Shown here: positions 11,883 to 25,026 of the stretch, in pieces
Numbering within the stretch: the stretch's first letter is position 1
Layout: each line of letters opens with the position of its first letter
Assembly (NCBI RefSeq): GCF_000143415.4
Contig: NW_003314397.1
Span: forward strand, 62,001-126,000
DNA: 64,000 nt
Source of the DNA: Selaginella moellendorffii
Taxonomy: Eukaryota > Plantae > Lycopodiophyta
Reading direction: 5' to 3'
Translations under genes and position numbers: made by a program
The notes under the pieces: model-generated
The model's database searches: none
The model's input: only the letters and a program-made list of their open reading frames with translations
What the model was told of the DNA's origin: nothing

Positions 11883-13542
11883 ATGGCTTCTACCAAGGTC
11901 CATGTCTTGGCGGTTCCAGTGGCCGCCCAAGGCCATATCTCCCCAATGATCCATCTCTGCAAGTTCATCGCTCAAGATCCAAGCTTCACAATCTCCGTGG
12001 TCAATATCGACAGCCTCCACGACGAATTCATCAAGCACTGGGCGGCGCTGGAAGATCTGCGCCTCCATTCCATCCCATTCTCGTGGAAGGTCCCGCGAGG
12101 AGTCGACGCCCACGTCGTGCGAAATCTAGGGGAGTGGTTCGCGGCAGCTGCGCGAGAGCTCCCCGGCGGCCTCGAGGATTTGATCCGCAAGCTCGGCGAG
12201 GAGGGCGATCCGGTCAGCTGTATCGTCTCGGATTACTTCTGCGATTGGACCCAGGATGTGGCGGATGTGTTTGGCATCCCCAGGGTCATTCTTTGGCCGG
12301 GCACCGCGGCATGGACGAGCTTGGAGTACCACATTCCAGAGCTTCTGGAGAAGGATCACATATTTCCTAGCAGAGGTACGAATCGCCTATTTTGATCATG
12401 AACTTTCCCTGTTCTTCCCTTGGAATTAAACGTTTTCCCTATTCTTCCCTTGGAATTAAACGTTTCCCCTGTTCTTCCATTGTTTTCCCTGGAATTACCC
12501 TGTTCTTTCCTTGGAATACCATCACATTTCCCCTGTTCTTCCCTTTGGCCCTCTTCTCTTTGGAATTAACATCCCCTGTTCTTCCCTTGGACTGATCGAT
12601 TCGTGCGCAGGAAGAGCTTCTGCGGACGAGGCAAATTCTGTGATCATCGATTACGTCCGAGGAGTCAAGCCGCTCCGCCTGGCCGATGTGCCCACGTACC
12701 TTCAGGGCGACGAGGTGTGGAAGGAGATTTCTATCAAGCGCTCCTTCGTCGTGAAGCGCGCGCGCTGGGTCCTCGTCAATTCCTTCTACGACCTAGAGGC
12801 GCCCAGTTTTGATTTCATGGCCAGCGAGCTCGGGCCTCGATTCATCCCCGCGGGGCCACTGTTCTTGCTCGACGATTCCAGGAAGAATGTGGTGCTTCGA
12901 CCCGAGAACGAGGATTGCCTTCACTGGATGGATGCGCAGGAGCGTGGATCTGTTCTCTACATCTCATTTGGCAGCATCGCGGTGCTGAGCGTGGAGCAAT
13001 TCGAGGAGCTCGCGGGAGCTCTCGAGGCATCGAAGAAGCCATTCTTGTGGGTGATTCGACCTGAGCTGGTGGTGGGTGGTCACTCGAACGAATCTTACAA
13101 TGGGTTTTGCGAGAGGACCAAGAACCAGGGATTCATCGTTTCCTGGGCGCCACAGCTGAGAGTTCTCGCCCATCCCTCCATGGGAGCGTTTCTCACGCAC
13201 TGCGGATGGAATTCCATCCAGGAGAGCATTTCGAATGGCATTCCAATGCTGGGGTGGCCTTACGGGGGCGAGCAAAACACCAACTGTAAGTTTATAGTGG
13301 AGGACTGGAAGATCGGGGTTAGATTCTCCAAGACAGTGGTGCAGGGATTGATCGAGCGAGGAGAGATCGAGGCCGGCATAAAAAAGGTGATGGATAGCGA
13401 GGAGGGGAAGAAGATGAAGGAGAGAGTGGAGAACTTGAAGATCCTTGCGAGGAAAGCTATGGACAAAGAGAATGGGAAGTCGTTTTGTGGCCTCCAGGGA
13501 TGGCTGGAAGATCTCAAAGCTATGAAGCTGGATCGCAAGTGA
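11883..13542 (+). CDS. UDP-glycosyltransferase, type B copy 2; exons 11883-12375 and 12611-13542
   Basis: Intact PSPG box; 235-bp intron 12376-12610. Confidence 0.95.
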
Positions 13543-14359
13543 GTGAACGATGCATTCTTTGATAAGAACTTTCTATCTATCAGTTCTGAAGATAAACACA
13601 TGCTAGTCAAGTAAAACGCTTGTGCTTGGGATTTGGATAATGTTGGAAATGGCTGAGCAAACAAACAAAGATTACTTGACAAAATTGTTCAAGAATGCTC
13701 TATTGCTAGTGACTGACCATAAGTTACAATCAAAGCAAATGGACATTAGTTATGTGCTCTATGTAACATTTCTGGTGAGGAAAAAAGCAGATGCAAAAGA
13801 ACTGTAAGACTTAGTTAATTAAAACTTACATGAAAACGTTTGGGATTTTCGATGTTTACAAAAAAAAACTCTACAAATGCTTGAGTACAGTATTGTTGCT
13901 CGGAATCTTTGCTAACTTGCATTTGCCCAGACCAGGCATCATTTCCAGCCAAAGAGAAGACAACGAGCGTTCTCTTGATCGATAATCATGCACTTATTTT
14001 AGGCTGGACTTAGCCACGGCCATTTTGTGGACAAGAGCAGCACTCATGAATCTGATTGCTCCAATGTTAAATGCTCTTACCATATTCTCAAAGGCTGGAA
14101 GCTTCCCAGCCGCCAGGTGTAGGGACAGATTTTTGCCACCTTCTCAAGATTCATGCGGCAGCTATCCATAGGATCATTGATTGTTCAAATTCAGGAGCTG
14201 TAATGGATCCGAAGCGAGCTTGCAATTTGGGTCAATGTGAGTCTCGTTCTAGAGCAGAATTGCCTCTCACAACGCTTATGCTAATCTTCCTTTTGTATAA
14301 GTTTTGCAGGCCTAGGGTTCGCTCTTTGTCGAGAAATCAACTTGTGTAAACATCCGTTG

Positions 14360-15403
14360 TATGGCGTGCAATTTGTAAAAGGGTGGATTTTACAACAGTG
14401 GATTTCACTCACACCACGTGTATGCCTGTTATTGGTCCATGTGTATTATGAGTGTGAAAAAAACACAAGCATAGAATACTTTACGAATATCCAATCTTTA
14501 TGCCCCAGATGGGGCATCATGCCCATAGCAATGACCCATGCTATGTATGGAATGGAGCCATTCATAGCCCATAGACCCATTCACCCATGCATTCGTAATG
14601 TTGCAAACCAAATGGACAATCGACTAAATTGCATACCATACTACCTTATCTAGAGCACTATGTTCTCACATCTTGCTCTTGGCGCTCATGGCAAAAGAAT
14701 TAAATTATCCTTTTTTGGCACACCTTTTTTAACATAGTGTCATAGCAAGTGTAAGTGAACTCCATCTAACTCCATCTAGAATTTGGGAGTGTGGCAGCCT
14801 TGATCGTCATCGACAGCCATCGCTGTGTCCTCCCCACATTGCCGACTGCCGCTGTGCTGCTCGCAATCATTGATGCTCCCATTGTTACCCGCCACAGCAT
14901 CTAGGCAATCGTTGAATCCTCTTGCTTCCTCCGTCTTGCACTGTGATTCTTGAGGATGGAGGTCGCCAAGCTGGAGCTGCTGGGGATGAGCTGGATGGCA
15001 AGGCAGGGGAGAAGGCGATGACGAGTGATGGAATCACTCCAGAACACTGGAATCTGGAGCCGTGATCGCAACCATTGTTATCAATCCCTAGCAGCACCAC
15101 AGCTCTCCATACCACCCAAAATATCCCCTACACCATAGCCAATAACAGATTGTACAGAGCATAGAATAACAGAGCACTAAAGTGCAAGGAAGCATCTCTT
15201 AAACCCGATGAATCCAAACTTGATGATATGTGGCATCTATATCTAGCCCATTGTTCATATTATGGGGACATCATTGACGCATTAAGCAAGCATCCATGGG
15301 GTATCCATGAGGCATCCAGATGACATTTAATGCTAAACCAATAGAAAACTGCCACATGGACATTGTATTGTGAGTGAAATTTGCCTACGAATTGCACGCC
15401 ATA
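14360..15403. mobile_element. Non-autonomous TIR DNA transposon, 1044 bp
   Basis: 18-bp TIR TATGGCGTGCAATTTGTA / TACGAATTGCACGCCATA (1 mismatch); CGTTG duplicated on both sides; empty site present in the paralogous unit at ~5123. Confidence 0.92.
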
Positions 15404-15465
15404 CGTTGCCTTCCCCGCCAAGAAAACCATTCTAATAAATACCAATGAACCCTGCCAAGGAAACC

Positions 15466-17051
15466 ATGGCTTCTCGCAAGGTCCATGTCTTGGCGTTTCC
15501 AGCGCCCGCGCAAGGCCATATCTCCCCAATGATCCATCTCTGTAAGTTCATCGCCCAAGATCCAAGCTTCACAATCTCCTGGGTCAATATCGACAGCCTC
15601 CACGACGAGTTCGTCAAGCACTGGGTGGCGCCGGCGGGGCTGGAAGCTCTGCGCCTCCATTCCATCCCATTCTCGTGGAAGCTCCCGCGAGGAGTCGACG
15701 CCAACGTCGCAGGAAATGTGGGGGACTGGTTCACGGCAGCCGCGCGAGAGCTCCCCGGCGGCCTCGAGGATTTGATCCGCAAGCTCGGCGAGGAGGGCGA
15801 TCCGGTCAGCTGTATCGTCTCGGATTACATCTGCGATTGGACCCAGGATGTGGCGGATGTGTTTGGAATCCCCAGGATCATTCTTTGGTCGGGAAACGTG
15901 GCATGGACGAGCTTGGAGTACCACATTCCAGAGCTTCTGGAGAAAGATCACATCTTTCCAAGCAAAGGTACGAATCTCTATTCTTCCCCTGTTCTTCCCT
16001 TGGAATTAAACGTTTCCCCAATTCTTCCCTTGTATTTACCCTGTTCTTCCTTTGGAATACCATCAAATTTCCCCTGTTCTTCCCTTTGGAATTAACCTCC
16101 TCTGTTGACGCAGGGAAAGCTTCCCCGGACGAGGCCAATTCCGTGATCATCGATTACGTCCGAGGAGTCAAGCCCCTCCGCCTGGCCGATGTGCCCGATT
16201 ACCTGCTGGCCTCGGAGGGCCAGGAGGTGTGGAAGGAGATTTGCATCAAGCGCTCCTTCGTCGTGAAGCGGGCGCGATGGGTCCTCGTCAATTCCTTCTA
16301 CGACCTCGAGGCGCCCACCTTCGATTTCATGGCCAGCGAGCTCGGGCTTCGATTCATCCCCGCGGGGCCACTGTTCTTGCTCGACGATTCCAGGAAGAAT
16401 GTCGTGCTTCGCCCCGAGAACGAGGATTGCCTTGGCTGGATGGATGAGCAGAACCCTGGATCGGTGCTCTACATCTCGTTTGGCAGCGTCGCGGTGCTGA
16501 GCGTGGAACAATTCGAGGAGCTCGCGGGAGCTCTCGAGGCATCGAAGAAGCCATTCTTGTGGGTGATTCGCCCTGAGCTCGTGGTGGGTGGTCACTCGAA
16601 CGAATCTTACAATGGGTTTTGCGAGAGGACCAAGAATCAGGGATTCATCGTTTCCTGGGCGCCACAGCTGCGAGTTCTCGCCCATCCCTCCATGGGAGCG
16701 TTTCTCACTCACTGCGGATGGAATTCCGTCCAGGAGAGCATCGCGAATGGCATTCCAATGCTGGGGTGGCCTTACGGGGGCGATCAAACCACGAACTCTA
16801 AGTTCATCGTCGCGGACTGGAAGATCGGGGTTAGATTCTGCAAGACAGTGGGGCAGGGATTGATCGGGCGAGGGGAGATCGAAGATGGCATTAAAAAGGT
16901 GATGGATAGCGACGAGGGGAAGAAGATGCAGGAGAGAGTGGAGAACTTGAAGACCCTTGCGAGGAAAGCTATGGACAAAGAGCTTGGGAAATCGTTTCGT
17001 GGCCTCCAAGCATTCTTGGAAGATCTCAAAAGTTTGAAAGATCCATCGTGA
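15466..17051 (+). CDS. UDP-glycosyltransferase, type C; exons 15466-15967 and 16114-17051
   Basis: MASRKVHVLAFPAPAQGHISP; PSPG box ending GGDQ; intron 15968-16113; an in-frame upstream ATG exists at 15445. Confidence 0.95.
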
Positions 17052-17145
17052 GTGAGCGAAAGCAGTGAAATCCAGAAATAAAAGAAGTTTCTATCATGGA
17101 ATGGTAGAGATCTACATGGGTCTTTCTCCATCTCCCTAGAGACGC

Positions 17146-19968
17146 ATGCCCAGTAGCCCAGAGAGGATTGGAAAGGATTTGGGCTCGTTTGCTACATTGC
17201 TTCGTGGATGCGCCACTCTTGCCGAGGGAAGATGGATCCACTCGCGGATGATATCTGCTGGCTGCTGCGACAACGCCTACGCGGCAAATCTCCTTGTCCA
17301 GATGTATGGCAACTGTGGCAGCGTGGAAGAATCGTGGGGCGTCTTCAGTGCCATTCCCTGGCATCACCGCAACGTCTTCTCGTGGAATATCATGCTCGCA
17401 GCATTTTCCAGGAACGGGCATCCTGGCGAAGCGAGGAACTTGTTCGATCAGATGCCGCATCGCGACGTTGTGTCGTGGAACACACTCTTGGCGGGATTTG
17501 CACAGGTCTTTCAAGTTGGCGTAGCCAAGAACATATTTGACAAGATGCCGGGTCGCAATGTTGTGTCTTGGAACTCCATCTTCGCAGCACTTGCCCAAGA
17601 GCGTCATTTGGAAAATGCAAAGGTTTGCTTTGAGGATATGCCCGAGAAGGATCTAGCGTCCTGGAACACAATGCTACATGCGTATGCGCAGCACGGTGAG
17701 CTCCAGAGCCTGGGCGAAGTGTTTCGAGAAATGCCGACGAGGAACGTTCTCTCTTGGACGGCCTTGGTGACTGCATTTGGGCAGAGAGGACATCTTTCTT
17801 CGTCGAGAACGCTGCTGGAGAAGATGCCGAGCTGGGATGCTGTCTGCTGGAACGTCGTCATCTCCTCGAGCATTCGCCACGGGAGCATGGACGAGGCGAT
17901 CGGTATGTTTCATTCCATGCTTCACAGGAACGTTCTCACCTGGAATGGTATGGTGCAGGCTTATGGCGAGATTGGCGAGCTAGAACTCTCCCAGTCGCTG
18001 TTTCGGAAGATGCCGCAGTGGAACCTCTTCTCGTGGAATACCATGCTCACGGCCTATGCGGAGAATGGGCGCGTGGAGGACGCGAAACGAATGTTTGACG
18101 CTGTTCCTGTGGAGAACACAGTCTCGTGGAACTCCATGCTCCAAGCTTACTTTCTCGCTGGTCAAGCCGAGCAAGCCAAGGTGGATTTCCACCAGATGCC
18201 TCGCAAAGACGTGATCTCCTGGAACACGCTACTCGCAGTTTGTGCAGCCGGGAACGACTCTACCAGGGAGACGAGACAAACCTTTAATCTGACACCACAG
18301 GTGAACACCGTGTCGTGGAACATCATGCTGGCAGCGTATGTCGATCTAGGAGAAGTCGACGATGCAAAGCTATTGTTTGACGAGATCCCCGAGAAGAGTT
18401 CCGTGTCGTGGAATACAATGATTCAAGCGTTTGCGAAGAATGGTTTCCTGGACAAGGCCGAGAAGCTGTTCAAGGAGATGCCATGTAAAGACAAGCCCGT
18501 CTCGTCGTGGACTGTGATGATCTCGGCTTATGCTCTTAACGCACACATCGAAGCCGCGGAGCGCTTGTTTCACGACGAGGACATCACTCGAGACGTTGTT
18601 ATGTGGAACGCAATGGTGGCGGCCTACTGCCAGACCGGAGATGCGGATCGAGCAAGAATGGTTTTCCAGAAAATGCCAAGCCAGAACGTGACAAGCTGGA
18701 ACTCGGTGGTCCAAGGATTTATTCGCAGAGGGTTCCTTGAAGATGGAAAGAGATTGCTGAGCAAACATCCAGAACCAAATGTTGTGACGTGGTCGATGAT
18801 GCTCGCGTCTTACATCCAGATCGGCGAGCTCAAAGAGGCAACGTCGATCTTCCACCGGATGCCTCACCGGAGCATTCTCAGCTGGAACTCGATGGTTCAA
18901 GCTTTTATTGAGGAGGGATTCGCTGGCCGGGCCAGGGAGGTATTTGACAAGATGAGCAGCCACGACATGATATCATGGAACATCACCATCTCAGGCTACG
19001 CTCGCTCCGGAAAAATGGAAGAAGCTAAAGCAGCATTCGAAAACGCACCCTCTCGGAGTATAGTCGCATGGAATACCATGATCGCGGTCGCCACCCAGTG
19101 CCGAGACTTGGACGCCGCAAAATCACTTTTTGAGGAGATGCCGGAGAAGAACACGGTCTCCTGGAACACTCTCATCTCAAGCCTGTGTAGATTCGAGCAG
19201 CAAGACGCGGCGCTACATCTCTTCAAAGTCATGGACTTGGAAGGAGTTCCAGCGGACGAGGCAACGTACTTGATCGTCCTTGACGTGTGCGGAGATCTGG
19301 CAGCTCTCTCGGACGGATCAAGCATTCACAGCGACGCGGCGGCCGTGAACTTCCACTTGAGCGTGAGCGTTTCCACCGCGCTCGTCAACATGTATGGGAG
19401 GTGTGGACGAGTGGAAACGGCGAGAAAAGTTTTCGACTCGATGCTCAAGCGCGACACAATCTCCTGGACGTCGATGATCAGCGTCTACTCCAACAATGGA
19501 CGCTCGCACTACGCTCTCGAGCTTCTGTGGCTCATGGAACGGGACGGATTCCCAGCCGACGCCATAACTTTCGTGGCTGTTCTCTCAGCTTGCAGCCACG
19601 CAGGGCTCTTCCGACAAGGCTGGGAGGTTTTCACGTCGATGCATCACAGCTATGGCGTTGCTCATGGTGTGGATCACTACGGTTGCATGGTGGATCTTTT
19701 CGGACGAGCAGGGATGCTGGAAGTGGCCGAGCAACTGGTGGCAAGCATGCCTTTTAGTTTGCGGGATGATCACCCAGGAAGAGATAGTGCTACCATGTCC
19801 TGGATGATGCTGCTAGCGGCGTGTAACAGCCACTCGGATCCGGATCGAGCAGCCAGGATCGCCGCAGAGATGGAAACTCTGGCACCGGAAGTTAGTCCTG
19901 CGCTCTACGTCTTGCTTTCCAATGCTCATGCGACATCCCTTGGTGAGGAAGAAACCGGCATTGATTAA
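17146..19968 (+). CDS. PLS-class PPR protein with E domain and no DYW, 940 aa; probable organellar RNA-editing factor
   Basis: Long run of 31-aa repeats (..VSWN.M...Y...G....A...F..MP); HYGCMVDLFGRAG; E domain SWMMLLAACNSH..YVLLSN; intronless. Confidence 0.95.
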   Translation: MPSSPERIGKDLGSFATLLRGCATLAEGRWIHSRMISAGCCDNAYAANLLVQMYGNCGSVEESWGVFSAIPWHHRNVFSWNIMLAAFSRNGHPGEARNLFDQMPHRDVVSWNTLLAGFAQVFQVGVAKNIFDKMPGRNVVSWNSIFAALAQERHLENAKVCFEDMPEKDLASWNTMLHAYAQHGELQSLGEVFREMPTRNVLSWTALVTAFGQRGHLSSSRTLLEKMPSWDAVCWNVVISSSIRHGSMDEAIGMFHSMLHRNVLTWNGMVQAYGEIGELELSQSLFRKMPQWNLFSWNTMLTAYAENGRVEDAKRMFDAVPVENTVSWNSMLQAYFLAGQAEQAKVDFHQMPRKDVISWNTLLAVCAAGNDSTRETRQTFNLTPQVNTVSWNIMLAAYVDLGEVDDAKLLFDEIPEKSSVSWNTMIQAFAKNGFLDKAEKLFKEMPCKDKPVSSWTVMISAYALNAHIEAAERLFHDEDITRDVVMWNAMVAAYCQTGDADRARMVFQKMPSQNVTSWNSVVQGFIRRGFLEDGKRLLSKHPEPNVVTWSMMLASYIQIGELKEATSIFHRMPHRSILSWNSMVQAFIEEGFAGRAREVFDKMSSHDMISWNITISGYARSGKMEEAKAAFENAPSRSIVAWNTMIAVATQCRDLDAAKSLFEEMPEKNTVSWNTLISSLCRFEQQDAALHLFKVMDLEGVPADEATYLIVLDVCGDLAALSDGSSIHSDAAAVNFHLSVSVSTALVNMYGRCGRVETARKVFDSMLKRDTISWTSMISVYSNNGRSHYALELLWLMERDGFPADAITFVAVLSACSHAGLFRQGWEVFTSMHHSYGVAHGVDHYGCMVDLFGRAGMLEVAEQLVASMPFSLRDDHPGRDSATMSWMMLLAACNSHSDPDRAARIAAEMETLAPEVSPALYVLLSNAHATSLGEEETGID

Positions 19969-20033
19969 AGTTGGTACATTGTTTATCTTGATAAATCTTT
20001 CAAATAATAGTTTCAGTGAATGAATGGTTTCAC

Positions 20034-21554
20034 TCACTCGTGATGGAGCTTCAAAGCCTTGAGATCTTCCAAGAACGCTTGGAGGCCACGAAACGATTTC
20101 CCATGCTCTTTGTCCATGGCTTTCCTGGCAAGGATCTTCAAGTTCTCCACTCTCTCCTTCATTTCCTTCCCCTCCTCGCTATCCATCACCTTTCTTATGC
20201 CGTCCTCGATCTCTCCTCGCTCGATCAATCCCTGCATCGCGGTCTTGGAGAATCTAACCCCGATCTTCCAGTCCTCCACTATGAACTTACAGTTGGTGTT
20301 TTGCTCGGCTCCGTAAGGCCACCCCAGCATTGGAATCCCGTGTGTGATGCTCTCCTGGATGGAATTCCATCCACAATGAGTGAGAAACGCTCCCATGGAG
20401 GGATGGGCGAGAACTCTCAGCTGTGGCGCCCAAGAAACGATGAATCCCTGGTTCTTGGTCCTCTCGCAAAACCCATCGTAAGATTCGTTGGAGTGTCCGC
20501 CGACCACGAGCTCGGATCGAATCACCCACAAGAATGGCTTCTTCGATGCCTCGAGAGCTCCCGCGAGCTCCTCGAATTGCTCCACGCTCAGCACCGCGAT
20601 GCTGCCAAACGAGATGTAGAGCACTGATCCAGGCTCCTGCTCATCCATCCAGCGAAGGCAATCCTCGTTCTCCGGGCGAAGCAGCACATTCTTCCTGGAA
20701 TCGTCGAGCAAGAACAGTGGCCCCGCGGGGATGAATCGAGGCCCGAGCTCGCTGGCCATGAAATCGAAGGTGGGCGCCTCGAGGTCGTAGAAGGAATTGA
20801 CGAGGACCCAGCGCGCGCGCTTCACGACGGGGGAGCGCTTGATGCAAAGCTCCTTCCACACCTCGTTGCCCTGCATGTAATCGGGCACATCGGCCAGGCG
20901 GAGCGGCTTGACTCCTCGGACGTAGTCGATGATCACGGAATCGTCCCTCCCTACGCGCGAATCGATCAGCCAAGAAGGGAAGAAAAGGGGAAATTTGAGG
21001 TAAATTTAAAGATTCATACCTCCGACAGGAAATATGTGATTCTTCTCCAGAAGCTCTGGAATGTGGTACTCTAAGCTCGTCCATCCCGCAGTGCCCGACC
21101 AAAGAATGATCCTGGGGATGCCAAACACATCCGCCACATCCTGGGTCCAATCGCAGAAGTAATCCGAGATGATGCAGTTGACCGGATCACCCTCCTCGCC
21201 GAGCTTGCGGATCAAATCCTCGAGGCCGCCTGGGAGCTCTCGCGCGGATGCCGTGAACCATTCCGCCAGATTTCCCAGCGCGTGGGCATCGGCTCCTCGT
21301 GGGAGCTTCCACGAGTATGGGATGGAATGGAGGCGCAGATCTTCCAGCCCCGCCGGCGCCACCCAGTGCTTGACGAACTCGTCGTGGAGGCTGTCGACAT
21401 TGACCAAGGAGATCGTGAAGCTTGGATCTCGAGCGATGAGCTTGCAGAGATGGATAACTGGGGACATATGGCCTTGCGCGGGGAGTGGAACCGCCATGAC
21501 ATGGATCTTGCTACTGGGGGAGGAAGAATCACTAGAAGTTTGCAAGGATCCCAT
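20034..21554 (-). CDS. UDP-glycosyltransferase, type A, inverted copy; exons 21554-21020 and 20950-20034
   Basis: Same motifs; 69-bp GT..AG intron 21019-20951. Confidence 0.95.
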
Positions 21555-22031
21555 GATTTCCTAGCTCTCTCTTCCCACTCTGGACTGCTCAAGAATGGAT
21601 CGATGCAGAGCTTATAAGCATATGGCTATCGCAGTCCACGAGAACCTTACATACAATAAATTATGTTATTTTGAATGCCATCCTATTCTAGCAAAACACG
21701 AATTGTTTTGGTTGCCAGCGTGAAAAGTAATTAGAATGTTCGAGCACGGCGCTAGAACAGCGTCAAACAATCTCCCAAATCTCCCTCAAACAAACTATAA
21801 TTCCCGGATTGGTCCATTGATCCACCGATCATGGGAGTACTCTTCTATTGTGATTGTCAAGGATTCGCATGATATTTGCAAGCTAGAAGTCCACAATAAT
21901 TGACAGTCTTGACTCTTGATAGGCATTTTGGGTCTAAAGCATTAAAGAAGTCATGGTCAAGTCAAAAAGCCTTTCAAGCAGCATTCTGTTGACTTGACCA
22001 TATTCCTTTCGCGGTGTGCAAACCAGGATCC

Positions 22032-24535
22032 ATGGCTATGGCGCTTCTCATCCGTGTCTTGGATGTAGTCTTCCTGCTTGGCTTCCTCCAAGGTATGCAC
22101 TCTTTGGCCACTGCTGAATCGAACGACGAGAGCTTGCCCTTCGAGGAGCTCCTTTACTTGTATCCATCATCTCACAGCTCCTTGGTATACCAAGGCCATA
22201 CAGCTCTTAGGCTCTCGGGATCCAAAAACTTGAAGAATGGTGTAGTTTCTGGATCACTCTCTACCCCAGGGGTCATTCACGGGAGTGTTTAATTCTACCT
22301 CCAGGCAGCTGCTTGCAAAGGTCTGCCTTTTCAAGAGACTTTCAAATGGTTCGCATCCAGATTGCAAGGTCTCGCTCGCTCTAGATTATCCTTCGGTGGC
22401 CGCCATGCCTGTAATCACGGGTCAGCTTCGAAGCTTGGGTTACTACTTTTGCCCGATCTACATTGTGGGAAATCCTGCAGGGAACTATACGTACACGAGG
22501 CTCGAAGATGCATTGGCTGGCTGCCAAGGCTTGACGAAGGACGCTATGGAGAAAGCCACCATGGAGGAATCTGATCGCCGGCCATTAACGACAAGGGACG
22601 ATGTTCACTTCTTGTCCTCGAGCGGTCAATGCAGCAGCAGCACGCAACGTTGTCATCCATTTGGAAACTCCAGCAGCATTGATCTTCGTGCGGTCGCCGA
22701 GTGTGCTAGCTTTGAATCTAACCAGGGAAGGAAATGAACTTGTGCATGGTTTTCTCGAGCTGGATATCTGGAAGACCAAGTTCTCGCGGTGGAAGGGTTC
22801 GAGAAATCCGGGAAGCTCTGCTTGGTGGCGTGTCAAACTGTGGCATTTGATTCTTCTGCGCCAGACTGTTCTATCCATGCAAGCATTGACATGAGCTTGG
22901 CAAGCTTTGACATTCATCAAAGATCTCATGTCAAGGGAATCATCACGAGCCTGAGGCCGAAGTCGGATGCTATGTTTTTCGAGCCACTCTCTTTCGGAGA
23001 CATTGCATCCTCCTCAAACTTCATCCTCGACTTCGTTCGCACTCGCGAGGTCTACGCTTACTCCAAAGTTGAGGATGCTGAAAAACACTGCCGTGATCTC
23101 GTCAAGGATCCATCGCCACAAGCAACCGATTATCCGGACGGTTTGTCTATCGATGATTTCCGCGTCGATGGAAGAACTTCCGCGATCGAAGATGTATACG
23201 CTCTTGATGAAGGAACAACGATGGTGGCTGCAGCTCTTCCGGAATCTGTAGCATCCGAAAGCGAGTTTGCAGCGGATGAGGTTCTCATAACACCTCTCAC
23301 ATTTGAAAACAGGTTTCGTTGGTACCCGGACACGATCAAGAACAAGAAACGAATGAACGCCAGCTTCGATATCTTTGCTGCTCTCACTCACTCTAGAACA
23401 CCACGTCGCCGCCGAAGGCTTTTACGACGTTGGTCGAGGAACAGCATGCATGGTGGGTTGCAAAGCTGTTGACAACAACGATACATTTCATGATTTGGAG
23501 CAAGGAAAGGATTGCAAAATCTCCGTCCGGATCCATTATCCCCGAGACTCGGAAACCAAGCCTCGCCTTGTTGTGGGATCCATCTCCAGCTTGCGAGACA
23601 AAGACGATGCTCTATACTTCTCCCCCTTCGACGTCTCTGCAAATTATTCGATGGTCACCAAGCAAGCTAGAAACATATTGGAGCGGGACAAGATGAAGAC
23701 AAGCGTGAAAACCTTGACACTCTCTCTCGAGGTGGCGGCTATCACATTCCAGCTTATACGAAGCAATCACCAACAAAAAGCTCGTCCTTACGTTTCTCTG
23801 GTGATGTTATTTGGCCTTGCCATGGCACACACGCAAGGAATTATGATCAATTTGGGCTTGAGCTTGGGATTCATAGACTCACAGACATACAGGATAACAA
23901 CACCGATACCCCGCTACCAATTTACAGATAGGCTGGATCTCATGCATGAGACAGTAGAACGTCGCTCGCAAGAGAGCAAATCCCTCCAAATGGCGATGCA
24001 TTCCATCGCCCTAGTGTTACTCTCGCAGCTGGTTCGTTTGGTCTGGAAAGCACGAAGCCCCGAGATAGACGACGAGAGCAGTACTGAGCCTGAGACTTCG
24101 GATGGAGATCAGAAACTAGAAAATCATCCCGGGATCGTGGAGGAAACAAACGTCTTGATGGTTTGCTTGCCAGCTTATGCGTTTATCACGGCGTGTGGAA
24201 CTTTGTTTCTCGGTCACTACGTGGGGCTGTTTTCAGCATATGGAGAGCTGCTCAGGGATTTCTTCCTGGTTCCACAGATCAGTAGATATCGTAACTGGTC
24301 GAACATCGGTCTCCAGTCTCCAGCTTTGTCCACAGTTTTCTACGTGGGGACGACACTAGCGAGGGTTGCCTGGCGTGTCAACAACGTTTGGAATGGCTGG
24401 AACCAAGACCAGGGAATTCAAAGATTTGGCCTTTGGAATCAAGTGGAGGGATGCTCTGGTCTTCTTTGGAACGCTGGAGTTGTGTGTGGAACTTCCTTTA
24501 TAGCGTGGATTATCTTCTGGCAACACACATCATGA
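22032..24535 (+). pseudogene. DUF2921-family multi-pass membrane protein, broken by several frameshifts
   Basis: Signal-peptide-like start; repeated AEGFYD..G..CMVGC, DCKI.V.I.YP and GSISSLR...D..YF motifs; C-terminal PYVSLVML, LLRDFFLVPQI, FYVGTTLAR. Frame changes near 22285, 22600-22790 and 23375 without clear splice sites. Confidence 0.78.
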
Positions 24536-24834
24536 ACTCATTTTGTCAATGGAAGTGAAAGTCAATGAAGGTCAAAATTTTCTACAGAAACATATATAAT
24601 AAATTGTGTAAAAATTTTAAAAAAAACGTATTACTTTAATATGTTTAGTATACTTAGATTACATTTAATATATTTTATAAGTTCTAATATCAATTATAAA
24701 GAAATAATAAGTACCACACAAATATGCATTGAAATGGTGATTTTGTTACTATTAATAGTGCTAGTGAGAGACTATTATTTATTTTTGTAACTATGAAATT
24801 CAATACTGTGATTAATATATTAATAAAATAGATG

Positions 24835-25009
24835 TGTGAGGGCCAAGTGTACGGCTACGATGCCATATACTAATATTAGCGTAGTGGGATTTTGGTAGCT
24901 GTTGGATTGGTTTCAATCCGGACCACTCGCTCCTGTATATAAGATAGAGTTTTTGGGCTAATTGATATGCACATTTCTGTATTCCCTTTCTATATTCCAT
25001 GCACTCACA
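24835..25009 (+). repeat. 5' LTR of element A
   Basis: Matches 39031-39205 with 8 substitutions counted by eye. Confidence 0.95.
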
Positions 25010-25010
25010 T

Positions 25011-25026
25011 TGGTGGAGGTGAGGGG
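25011..25026 (+). promoter_or_regulatory. Primer-binding site of element A, possibly tRNA-Ala
   Basis: TGGTGGAGGTGAGGGG 1 nt after the LTR; resembles the complement of a tRNA-Ala 3' end. Confidence 0.6.

Larger units (their letters stand above)
9200..17060 (+). repeat. Second unit of a ~9.2-kb tandem duplication (UGT-A, PPR remnant, UGT-B, UGT-C); first unit ~1-7040
   Basis: Near-identical genes and spacers at offsets 9202 (213/9415) and 9181 (2702/11883). Confidence 0.92.

Noticed and set aside
15675-17051. 458-aa ORF (also 3211-4320 and 12511-13542) as UGTs with novel N-termini
   Set aside because: They read through the pyrimidine-rich intron or an alternative frame of exon 1
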